Shown: piece by piece, positions 17,095 through 25,849 of the stretch
Position numbering within the stretch: position 1 is the first letter of the stretch
Layout: each line of letters opens with the position of its first letter
From: Candidatus Hodarchaeota archaeon
GTDB taxonomy: Archaea; Asgardarchaeota; Lokiarchaeia; Sigyniarchaeales; SOKP01
Direction: 5' to 3'
Assembly (NCBI GenBank): GCA_048887205.1
Contig: JBHLKB010000001.1
Location: 1-30,858 of the forward strand
Length of the DNA stretch: 30,858 nucleotides
Position numbers and translations under genes: made by a program
Notes under the pieces: generated by a model
Databases searched by the model: none
What the model was told of the DNA's origin: nothing
What the model saw: only the letters and a program-made list of their open reading frames with translations

Positions 17095-18615
17095 ATGAAT
17101 GATTCCAAAGTAGAATTAGAAAAATTAATTAATGCTTTGAATATCGTTAAGAATAACTTACTTAATTATTTAAGAGATCATAAATCATCTATTCACATAT
17201 ATACGCATTTAGATGCTGATGGATTAAGCGCGAGTGCAATTCTAGGAAAAGCTTTATTCCGGGAAAGAATTCCCTTTCAAATCACCGTTTTAAAGCAATT
17301 AGAAAAGGAAGAAATAGCAAAAATCTCTGAAAATACAAAAGAATATAATAATTTCTTAATATTTACAGATTATGGAAGTGGTCAGTTTTTAGAACTCCAA
17401 AAAGAATTGATATTAAAGAATAATTTCAATTCATTTATTATATTAGATCATCATATTCCTCAGAATGTATCCGGTAAAGAGGATATTGATCTAATTAATA
17501 GTATCTATAATAATACGTTCGAATGGCAAATTAATCCATATTTTTTTGGAATTAACGGAAGTTCAGAAATTTCTGGAGCAGGATTAAGTTATTATTTTGC
17601 CAAATGCTTAAATAGTAAAAATGTTGATTTATCGCCCATTGCTATTGTTGGTGCAATAGGTGATATTCAAAATCAAGGACCAAATAAATCCTTTTCAAGC
17701 ATAAACTCATTAATTTTAAAGGATGCAAAAGATGGAGGATATATTGAAGTCATAAGTGATTTAAATTTTTCTTCAATAAAACCTTTAAATGAAGCAATTG
17801 CATACTCTAAAGAAATTAATCTGCCTGGATTAACTAACGACCCGAATAGGGCTCTAATTTTTTTACAAACTTTAGGAATCCTAATGGAAAATTCAAAAGG
17901 AATTATAAGAACTCTAAGTGATCTTAACCAAGATGAAAAACAAAAGTTGTCTTCAGCAATTATCGAATATGCTTCAATAAAACTTGATATCGAACCGAGT
18001 AAAATTGTAGAGAAATTAATAATAAATAGATATTTAATAAAAAAAGAGGTAATTGGCTCAGAATTATATGACGCAGCTGAATTTTCGAATTTATTAAATG
18101 CGTGTGGGCGAACAAACAGTGCATCATTAGGTATTGCGATAGCAATGGGTGATAGAAAAACTGCATATCAGAAATCTCGAGACATATTAATAGACTATAG
18201 AAATTCCTTAATGAAAAGTCTTACATGGATATATGATAACCAAAAAATTCAACAAAAGGAATATATCCAATACTTTTTTGGTGAAGATGTTATTCCAGAA
18301 AATATTATAGGAACAGTTACTTCAATGTTAGTATTTGAAAATTTTGAAGGTTTTGATAACTCTAAACCTATTTTTGGTTTAGCAAAACGAGAAGATGAAG
18401 ATGTTTATAAAGTTTCAGGAAGAGCACATGAAAAAATAGTAAAAAAGGGTGTTAATCTTTCGCAAGCAATTAGAGACGCTTGTGTGTTATCTAATTTAGA
18501 TGTATTGGGAGGGGGTCATCCTCCGGCAGCGGGTACCAAAATTCCGATTGCCAGTGTGGAAATTTTTTTAGAAAAATGTAATATAGTAATTCAAAAGCAG
18601 TTGCAAAGAAAATAA
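17095..18615 (+). CDS. DHH-family phosphoesterase, archaeal RecJ/Cdc45-like
   Basis: HLDADGLSA, FTDYGSG, ILDHH, EISGAG, VGAIGDIQ and DHHA1 motif GGGHPPAAG. Confidence 0.93.
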   Translation: MNDSKVELEKLINALNIVKNNLLNYLRDHKSSIHIYTHLDADGLSASAILGKALFRERIPFQITVLKQLEKEEIAKISENTKEYNNFLIFTDYGSGQFLELQKELILKNNFNSFIILDHHIPQNVSGKEDIDLINSIYNNTFEWQINPYFFGINGSSEISGAGLSYYFAKCLNSKNVDLSPIAIVGAIGDIQNQGPNKSFSSINSLILKDAKDGGYIEVISDLNFSSIKPLNEAIAYSKEINLPGLTNDPNRALIFLQTLGILMENSKGIIRTLSDLNQDEKQKLSSAIIEYASIKLDIEPSKIVEKLIINRYLIKKEVIGSELYDAAEFSNLLNACGRTNSASLGIAIAMGDRKTAYQKSRDILIDYRNSLMKSLTWIYDNQKIQQKEYIQYFFGEDVIPENIIGTVTSMLVFENFEGFDNSKPIFGLAKREDEDVYKVSGRAHEKIVKKGVNLSQAIRDACVLSNLDVLGGGHPPAAGTKIPIASVEIFLEKCNIVIQKQLQRK

Positions 18616-18640
18616 CTCTTACCAATAAATTTTTAACTGT

Positions 18641-19948
18641 TTAAATTTTGTATACCTCTCCAATTTCAGGAGCAACTGAATTATAACCTTTTTTCACTAA
18701 TTCACTTGCAAAAGTTGTAGTTGATTTATTATCTCCATGAATGCAAAATATATTATTATTAGATTTATTTCGAAATTCCATACTTTCTATATAATCGTAT
18801 AGATGTACATTATCAGCATGGCTAGAAAAATCGAAATAATCGTAATCACATCTAGCTTCAATTTGAAAATTATTGAAAATGTTTTTTTTCTTCCGTTGTT
18901 CTTTAAATTCAAAAAGTCCATGATCGAGTAATCCCCTTCCAGGACTCCCTTCCACTTGATATCCTACTAAATAAATGGCAGATAGAGGATCCGTTAATAT
19001 AGTGTCTATATAATCTAATGCTGCGCCTCCTTTAAGCATACCAGAAGGGGAAATAATAACCCCATTCGCTTTTTTCACATGTATTCTATCTTTTTTCCTA
19101 GAAATGAAATGGGTTTTTTTTACTACGCCTTTAAAAGCCTTTATATCTTTAATAGATTCTGGATATTCTAAATAAATTCTAGAGATTTTTCTAGCTAATC
19201 CATCCATAAAAATTTTACCAGTATAATTATACTTTTCTAAAATCAATAATGCCTCTTGTGAACGGGCAACTCCAAAAGCAGGGATCAAAACTTTTCCACC
19301 TTTTTCAGTGATCTCAGTAATTCGTTCTATAAATTTTTCTTCAAGCAATTTTCTGGGGGGATGCTCCTTAAGAGCATATGTTGATTCAATAATTAAAGCA
19401 TCTAATTTAGGTATATCTATATGATTAGCGGGATTAATTAGATTTGTCATTTGCGTGTTGATATCTCCAGAATATAATATACGCTTATCATCAATCTCAA
19501 TCAATATCGAAACACTCCCAGGTATATGTCCAGCATCAAAAAAAGTCATGAAGAAGTTATCATCTATTCTAAAACGATTTTTTTTCTTAAGAAAATACGC
19601 ATTTTCTCTTAAAATATCTAATTCTCTAACACCAAATGGATAGGGATAATTTGAAATCTTTATCATATCTTGTATTAAAACATCAACAATCACTAAGGAA
19701 ACAGGGTTAGTAAAAAATGGAACTCTATACTTTTTATAGATGAAAGGTAAAGCTCCTGAGTGATCAATATGACTATGAGTCAATCCAACTGCTTTTAGAT
19801 TCTCAAAATTAGTTTCAAGTGGTAATCTTTCTCCATTATTGAATCCAATCCCATAATCTAAAATACATTTTGCTCTATTTTTAGACTCTATAAGAATCCC
19901 TGAGCGCCCAATTTCTCTGCAACCACCTAAAAAAGAAATTTTTACCAT
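18641..19948 (-). CDS. MBL-fold beta-CASP ribonuclease (aCPSF-like, no N-terminal KH domains)
   Basis: FLGGCREIGRS, THSHIDHSG, AGHIPGS, YSGD, IESTY, IPAFGVARSQE, GYQVEGSPG, FSSHAD. Confidence 0.95.
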   Translation of the reverse strand: MVKISFLGGCREIGRSGILIESKNRAKCILDYGIGFNNGERLPLETNFENLKAVGLTHSHIDHSGALPFIYKKYRVPFFTNPVSLVIVDVLIQDMIKISNYPYPFGVRELDILRENAYFLKKKNRFRIDDNFFMTFFDAGHIPGSVSILIEIDDKRILYSGDINTQMTNLINPANHIDIPKLDALIIESTYALKEHPPRKLLEEKFIERITEITEKGGKVLIPAFGVARSQEALLILEKYNYTGKIFMDGLARKISRIYLEYPESIKDIKAFKGVVKKTHFISRKKDRIHVKKANGVIISPSGMLKGGAALDYIDTILTDPLSAIYLVGYQVEGSPGRGLLDHGLFEFKEQRKKKNIFNNFQIEARCDYDYFDFSSHADNVHLYDYIESMEFRNKSNNNIFCIHGDNKSTTTFASELVKKGYNSVAPEIGEVYKI

Positions 19949-20130
19949 GTTCTTTAAAAAATTAAATTTCTTATCAATATCAAAAAATTTGTTATTTTAA
20001 AAAACCAATCAAAAAATATCAACTTTTTTAAAAATTCAAAAGAAAAAAGCAATAATGAAAGTTTTATAATTCAAATCTTATGGTGTAAAAGTAAAAAAAA
20101 ATAAATAGAAATTTACAAGATAACCAACAT

Positions 20131-20880
20131 TTATCTTATTTTTTTTATAGCATTTGTTATTAAATTAACAACATTATTGACATTTTTACTAAAAATTTCT
20201 AATATCTCTTCCCAAGTTACGGGAACTTCATCTTCTTTCCAGCAATCATAATCTGTAGACATCGCGACTGCAGCATATGGAATACCCGCTTCATTTGCTA
20301 AAATTGTTTCAGGAGCTATACTCATATTTATTACATCGGCGCCCCATATCCGAAACATATTTGATTCTGCTCTTGTAGAAAACCTTGGACCTTCAATAGT
20401 AACAACAGTTCCTTTTTCATGAAATTTAAGATTTAACTGCTTAGCAGTTTCAATAAGAATTTTTCTCAACTCTCCTGAAAAAGGATCGGCCATTGGTGTA
20501 TGTTTCATATCTCCAGGAACGAATTGCTCAAAAAAAGTAATTTTCCTATGTCGGGTGAAGTCAATAAATTGGTCAAGGATAACGAGATCACCTCTATCTA
20601 TCTCTTCCCTCAAGCTTCCGCAAGCTGTTGTGGCCATTATATGAGAACACCCTTGATCTTTTAATGCTTGTATGTTAGCTCTATAATTTACTTGTGTGGG
20701 TGGTATAGTATGTTGTCTTCCATGTCTAGCTATAAGAACCACATCAACGTCCTTGATTGTTCCTAATTTTAGAGAAGAACTAGGTTTTCCATATTTGGTT
20801 TCGACATCAATATCCTTAGAATCTTTTAAAATGTCTGGATTGTCCAATCCCGATCCTCCAATAATTCCTATTTTTACCAA
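20131..20880 (-). CDS. mtnP: S-methyl-5'-thioadenosine phosphorylase
   Basis: [52 protein letters not shown]; TTG start with AGGAG at 20888-20892. Confidence 0.97.
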   Translation of the reverse strand: [249 protein letters not shown]

Positions 20881-21053
20881 TGTTTTTCTCCTATCTTATA
20901 TATTGTAGTATATATATTGAGTTCTTTAATTATAAAATTTAAAATTTTATAAATTATTTTTTAAAAACTTACTCCCAAATACTAAATTCTATAAAGTTTT
21001 AACATAATATTGATTTGTGTAAAATATAGTTCTAAAATTTAATTTTATGGCTC

Positions 21054-22052
21054 ATGCGTAAAAATAAAGTTCTTATTCTTGGATCATTAGCTTATGATTA
21101 TATTATGGGGTTTAAAGAAAGTTTTTTTAATGCGGTATCAATTGATCCCGATAAGGAGGAATATCAAAGTACGGTTACAGCAGATAGTCGTTATCAATTT
21201 TTTGGAGGAACCGCAGGTAATATTGCATACAATCTAGGTTTATTAAATATAGCACAAGTTTATTTATTAGGCGCAGTTGGGAAGGATTTTATAAGTTTAG
21301 GTTATAAAGAACATATAAACCAATTTTCAAATATTGATATTGGAGTTGATATTCATGATGATCTCTTCACTGCTGCATGTTATATTGTCAATGATATTAA
21401 ATCTAATCAAATGATTGTTTTTCATGGTGGAGCTTTAGAGAAATGCAAGGAAATTAAGTTGAAAGATAAAATTAAAAATCCTGAGACTTTTGCTTATGCA
21501 ATAAATTCAACACAAAGTGTTGAAGCAATGGGAAATTTTGCAGAGCAATTATATAATTTAAAAATACCCACAATTTTTGATCCAGGTCAAGTAACACCTT
21601 TGTTTCCAAAAGAATTATTAATAGATATAATAAAAAAATCAGAGATTTTAATAGGAAATAGGTACGAGATAAATCAAATTAAAAAAAAAATTGAATTAAC
21701 TGAAGATGAGCTAATCAAATATGTCAATGCTATTATAATTACCCTAGGTTCTGAAGGTTCTAAATTAATTTATAAAGATGCTAAAGGCAAAATATTTAGA
21801 GTAAGTATACGCATAGCAACCCCAAATAAAATAGAAGATACTACTGGAGCTGGTGATGGATATCGTGCTGGGATCTTAACAGGATTAACCTTAGATATGA
21901 CTCTTTTAGATTCATGTCGTTTAGGATCTATAATTGGCTCCTTTGTAGTTGAAACAACAGGGGCTCAAACTCAAAAATTCGATATTAATAATGTAAGAAA
22001 AAGATTTTTTAATACTTTTGGATATATCCCTCAAAGATTAGAACGAATATAA
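21054..22052 (+). CDS. PfkB/ribokinase-family kinase, probable nucleoside (adenosine) kinase
   Basis: GSLAYDYIM, FFGGTAGNIAYNL, FDPGQ and anion-hole motif DTTGAGDGYRAG. Confidence 0.88.
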   Translation: MRKNKVLILGSLAYDYIMGFKESFFNAVSIDPDKEEYQSTVTADSRYQFFGGTAGNIAYNLGLLNIAQVYLLGAVGKDFISLGYKEHINQFSNIDIGVDIHDDLFTAACYIVNDIKSNQMIVFHGGALEKCKEIKLKDKIKNPETFAYAINSTQSVEAMGNFAEQLYNLKIPTIFDPGQVTPLFPKELLIDIIKKSEILIGNRYEINQIKKKIELTEDELIKYVNAIIITLGSEGSKLIYKDAKGKIFRVSIRIATPNKIEDTTGAGDGYRAGILTGLTLDMTLLDSCRLGSIIGSFVVETTGAQTQKFDINNVRKRFFNTFGYIPQRLERI

Positions 22053-22106
22053 AAAAAAATTATTTTTTAATAATTTTCCTGAATAATAGTTTATTTTGGG
22101 ATAGCT

Positions 22107-22640
22107 TTATTCTTCAACTGGTATTTTTACGAGTGAAATAATATCATATCCCGTTAATTTGTCCCTACCATGTAAACTTCCTGTTAATTCAATAACAAAT
22201 GCTATTCCAACAACTTCCCCTCCTGCCTTTTCTACTAAACTGCACGCTGCCTTAGCAGTCCCTCCAGTTGCTAATAAATCATCAAAAACTAGTACTTTAT
22301 CTCCTTTTTCAATTGCATCAACATGCATTTCGATACTATCCATCCCATATTCAAGTTCATAAGTTTCGCTTATAGTTTTGTAGGGTAGTTTGCCTGGTTT
22401 TCTTATTAGGATAAATCCAGCACCTAATTGATAAGCTAATACTCCACCCCATACATATCCACGTGCTTCAATAGCAACTACTTTATTAATTCCCTTATCT
22501 CTATAATGTTTAATAATTCTATCACATGATTCTTTGAATGGTGCGTAATCTTTACATAAAGTAGTAATATCTTTAAATTGAATCCCCGGTTTTGGCCAAT
22601 CTGGAACGTTTCTAATATATTTCAAAAGTCCATCTTCCAT
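22107..22640 (-). CDS. apt: Adenine phosphoribosyltransferase
   Basis: VPDWPKPGIQFKDIT, IEARG, RKPGKLP, YELEYG and PRPP motif VFDDLLATGGT. Confidence 0.97.
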   Translation of the reverse strand: MEDGLLKYIRNVPDWPKPGIQFKDITTLCKDYAPFKESCDRIIKHYRDKGINKVVAIEARGYVWGGVLAYQLGAGFILIRKPGKLPYKTISETYELEYGMDSIEMHVDAIEKGDKVLVFDDLLATGGTAKAACSLVEKAGGEVVGIAFVIELTGSLHGRDKLTGYDIISLVKIPVEE

Positions 22641-22828
22641 TTTTTATTCAATCCATTTACATTTTCTTAAATTGATTTTTTTTAATTAAAAATGATATTT
22701 AAATAAAATCTATTTCCTACTAAGCTACAATTTCTATTTAAGAATTAGAAAAAATTAAATAAAAATTAAAGTATAAAAAATATATTGAAGATAAAGAAAA
22801 AATTAAATCTAAATCTGGTTGTATTTAA

Positions 22829-23785
22829 ATGAAAATTCTATTGTTCGGTCCTGCTGGAGCAGGTAAGACATCACTAATGCGAACGACTTGTTTAGGATAT
22901 AATTTTATGAAAGTGTTAGATTTAAAACCCACTAAAGGAGTTTCAAGAGAAAATTTTATCTTTCGTGGTATAATGGAACTCAATGTATGGGATTTGGGGG
23001 GACAGGAGAGATATATGGAGAGATACTTCTCTGAATCTCAACGTGAACTGATATTTTCAGAAGCCACGACAGCAGTTTTTATGGTTGATTCTGCTGCGGT
23101 GGATCCTAAAGTTAGAGAAATATTTGATAACTTCTTAAAGTATTTATTCCAATTTTCTCCTAAAATTGCTATGGTTTATGTTCTATTAAATAAAATAGAC
23201 TTACAAGAATCTGAAGAAGATGAATATTACAAGATCTTAACAGAAAATTTAAACGACGGTTTAATGGCAAAACTTTCATTCACCCCTGTGTCTGTTAAAG
23301 AAGGAAGTGCTCAACATAGACTGATTGAAATATTAGATTATGAGATTCAAAAGAATACTTTATCAATGCAACGTTTAGGAAAAATTCGACATTTATTAGA
23401 TGAGTTAAAAATCAATACTTTATCGGAATATCTTTTATTTAACCAACCTGATGGATTATTAATTTCCTCTACCTTTGGTAAATTTGAATCGAAACCATTA
23501 AGGTTTATGAAATTTGAAATCGGAACCTTAGATTCTAATATTTATAATATTTATCAACAGATTATGGAACTTCAAAATATATCTATCCTTTCTCCTTTAT
23601 CCTTGTCTACTATTGTATACGAATCAGAGAATTGTTGGATTTTAGTGAAAGAAGTTAGTAACGGAGCAGTTTTGATGGCAGTAACGAGAAATAAAAGGCT
23701 AGAAGTCTTTTCTGGTGTTATGAACGCGCTAACTGGAGATGCATTTAAAAATTTGAAACTATATTTAAAATCTCCTGAATTTTAA
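22829..23785 (+). CDS. Rag/Gtr1-like GTPase with C-terminal roadblock-like domain
   Basis: G1 GPAGAGKTS, G2 KPT, G3 WDLGGQ followed by Rag-type YMERYFSESQRELIF, G4 NKID; C-terminal region of about 130 aa with YLLFNQPDGLLISS and WILVKEVSNGAVLMAV. Confidence 0.88.
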   Translation: MKILLFGPAGAGKTSLMRTTCLGYNFMKVLDLKPTKGVSRENFIFRGIMELNVWDLGGQERYMERYFSESQRELIFSEATTAVFMVDSAAVDPKVREIFDNFLKYLFQFSPKIAMVYVLLNKIDLQESEEDEYYKILTENLNDGLMAKLSFTPVSVKEGSAQHRLIEILDYEIQKNTLSMQRLGKIRHLLDELKINTLSEYLLFNQPDGLLISSTFGKFESKPLRFMKFEIGTLDSNIYNIYQQIMELQNISILSPLSLSTIVYESENCWILVKEVSNGAVLMAVTRNKRLEVFSGVMNALTGDAFKNLKLYLKSPEF

Positions 23786-23860
23786 TCTTTATCATTAATT
23801 TTAAAAAAAATGGAAAATAAAAAAATAATTCTTAAAAATTTTTAACTCATTCTTGTTAAT

Positions 23861-24712
23861 TTATTGTTCTTTATCATATAATCCAATCTTAGTTAAAAAA
23901 TGTTGTTTTGCATGATGTGGTCTTCTAATGACAGTATCGTTAGATTTTTCAATCTCTCTTGCTTCATCACACATTAGAGCTGCGGTTCTCATCATCTCAT
24001 GAGCTGCGGCTAATAATGGCATATATTCAGATCGTTCTTTTAACTGGAAACAAGCCTTTCCTGTAATTTTAGACACTGAAGCTGCTAGTTCAAAAGCAGC
24101 GATTGCTTTAGCCCTAGCATATGGATTCGCGAATTTGGCAGCTTCAGTTGCATTTTTTGCTTCAATGATAATTTGAGGTAAAATAGGTGATCTATTTTCA
24201 AGCATATCCATGATTACCTTATTTAATTCCTCAGAAATTACTTGGAGTGCTCCAGTGATTGCAAGAACCTTTAGTAGATCCGAGTTAAATATACTCATCT
24301 CAACTGGATCGAGAAAAGGTCTACGTGCTCCGATCATGCTGTCACAATTTACTAATATATAACCCATATTCTTTTCTTTTATTTCGTCAATAGCTTTTTT
24401 AGCAGGAGCATCAGAAATAACAATTGTAGGTATTCCCCTCGTCATTTCTCTAACCGCTTTAGGACCAGGCAATGCTGCATTTGGACTAGACATTATTATT
24501 AGTTCAGGCTGAAATTCTAGTAACTTTTTCATAGTTTCTACACATTGGTCTGCTGGATGCATTTTAGCTCCAGAAGTCACTTCTCTTACATTAATTCTCG
24601 TAGCTTCTGCTCTCTCGTCCATTAAAAAAGCAAGTAACAAGGATGAGCCAATGGTACCATTTTTAAGGATACCAATATTAAGTATTTTCCCTTCTTCGCT
24701 CATTTTAAACAA
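23861..24712 (-). CDS. mtd: F420-dependent methylenetetrahydromethanopterin dehydrogenase
   Basis: KNGTIGSS, MDERAE, SGAKM, SPNAALPGP, DSMIGARRPFLDPVEM, FANPYARAKA, AAAHEMMRTA, RRPH; alternative ATG at 24703. Confidence 0.96.
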   Translation of the reverse strand: MFKMSEEGKILNIGILKNGTIGSSLLLAFLMDERAEATRINVREVTSGAKMHPADQCVETMKKLLEFQPELIIMSSPNAALPGPKAVREMTRGIPTIVISDAPAKKAIDEIKEKNMGYILVNCDSMIGARRPFLDPVEMSIFNSDLLKVLAITGALQVISEELNKVIMDMLENRSPILPQIIIEAKNATEAAKFANPYARAKAIAAFELAASVSKITGKACFQLKERSEYMPLLAAAHEMMRTAALMCDEAREIEKSNDTVIRRPHHAKQHFLTKIGLYDKEQ

Positions 24713-24875
24713 TTTTATTTTAAAATTTAAATTTTAAAATTAGAATTATATTACTTTACAATTTTACAATGTTTTTATTTTTTTTTTAAAATTTTATATA
24801 AAATAGAACGCTATAAGTTAATACATATTATTAAAATTAAAATAAAAAATACGATTTAAAGGAGTTATAATAAAA

Positions 24876-25796
24876 ATGGAGATAAATGGTGTCGAGATTG
24901 AAGATACTTTCTGTGAAGCATTTGGAGCATGGTTCACAAGAATTTTAGTTACAGCAAAAAATGAAAAATGGGTGCAGATCGCAGCAAGGGAGGCAACAGG
25001 TTACGGTACATCGGGAATTGGTTGTGATGCAGAAGCAGGTATCGATGTATTAATACCTGGGGAAAATACATTTGATAAGCGTCCTGGAGCAGCCTTAATG
25101 TTCTTTGTTAGAGATAAAAAAAAAATCAGTGATGTGATGCTACACCGTGTAGGGCAATGCATCTTAACTAGTCCTACTGCTGCTTGTTTTGATTTAATTG
25201 ACGGTTCTTTAGAACCAGAAAAAGAGTTTGAAATCAAAACAGGATTCTTTTTAAAATTCTTTGGAGATAAATATGAAGAAAAAGTAGAAGGAGTATACCC
25301 ATTTCCTATATGGAAAATACCTATCATGGCAGGGGAGTTTATAGTTCAAAATACTTTAATGGTTGGAAAAGGAATCGCTGGAGGTAATTTTTTGATAATT
25401 GGAAAAGACCAAGATTCTGTTTTAGAAGCTGCCGAGAAAGCGATTGAAGTAATAAATAATATAAGTAATTTAATTACCCCATTTCCAGGAGGAATTGTAC
25501 CCTCAGGTTCAAAAGTAGGAACTCGATATGAAAATGTTCCAGGACTCTTTGCAACTACTAACCACGCTTATTGTCCAACGTTAAGAACAAAAGTAGAAGA
25601 TACGAAGCTAAGAGAGGAGGATGGGTGTGTATTTGAAATAGTTTTAGACGGTGCGACTGAAGAAGTAATAAAAAGTGCGATGAGGCGGGGAATTGAAGCA
25701 GCAGTTAAAGTACCAGGTGTGAATCGAATCTCTGCTGGAAATTATGGTGGGAAGCTCGGTAAATTCCATTATAGACTTCATGATATTTTAGGTTAA
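24876..25796 (+). CDS. ftr: Formylmethanofuran--tetrahydromethanopterin formyltransferase
   Basis: EINGVEIEDTFCEAF, TGYGTSGIGCDAEAG, RVGQCILTSPT, GIAGGNF, GSKVG, EIVLDG, ISAGNYGGKLG. Confidence 0.97.
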   Translation: MEINGVEIEDTFCEAFGAWFTRILVTAKNEKWVQIAAREATGYGTSGIGCDAEAGIDVLIPGENTFDKRPGAALMFFVRDKKKISDVMLHRVGQCILTSPTAACFDLIDGSLEPEKEFEIKTGFFLKFFGDKYEEKVEGVYPFPIWKIPIMAGEFIVQNTLMVGKGIAGGNFLIIGKDQDSVLEAAEKAIEVINNISNLITPFPGGIVPSGSKVGTRYENVPGLFATTNHAYCPTLRTKVEDTKLREEDGCVFEIVLDGATEEVIKSAMRRGIEAAVKVPGVNRISAGNYGGKLGKFHYRLHDILG

Positions 25797-25849
25797 AAGA
25801 TAAAAACAATCTTTTGGAAAAAAAAGAATCAAAAACAAAAATTTTTTAT

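Noticed and set aside
17095-19948. RecJ-like and beta-CASP nucleases as a defence or repair module
   Set aside because: Both are ordinary archaeal housekeeping families, are convergently oriented, and have no defence-associated neighbours.
24717-24740. 24-bp perfect palindrome ATTTTAAAATTTAAATTTTAAAAT between mtd and ftr
   Set aside because: It is purely A/T and low complexity, so it is plausible by chance in this genome; an operator role is not excluded but is unsupported.
66-25327. Short alternative ORFs in the track (66-278, 2477-2752, 6296-6481, 6772-7002, 7143-7331, 7213-7416, 7811-8107, 8005-8253, 8790-9095, 9135-9317, 10433-10807, 11196-11450, 13030-13314, 17960-18166, 19455-19643, 20696-20908, 22159-22362, 25001-25327)
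   Set aside because: All lie largely within better-supported genes, antisense or out of frame, and show no recognisable motifs; they are treated as shadow ORFs.
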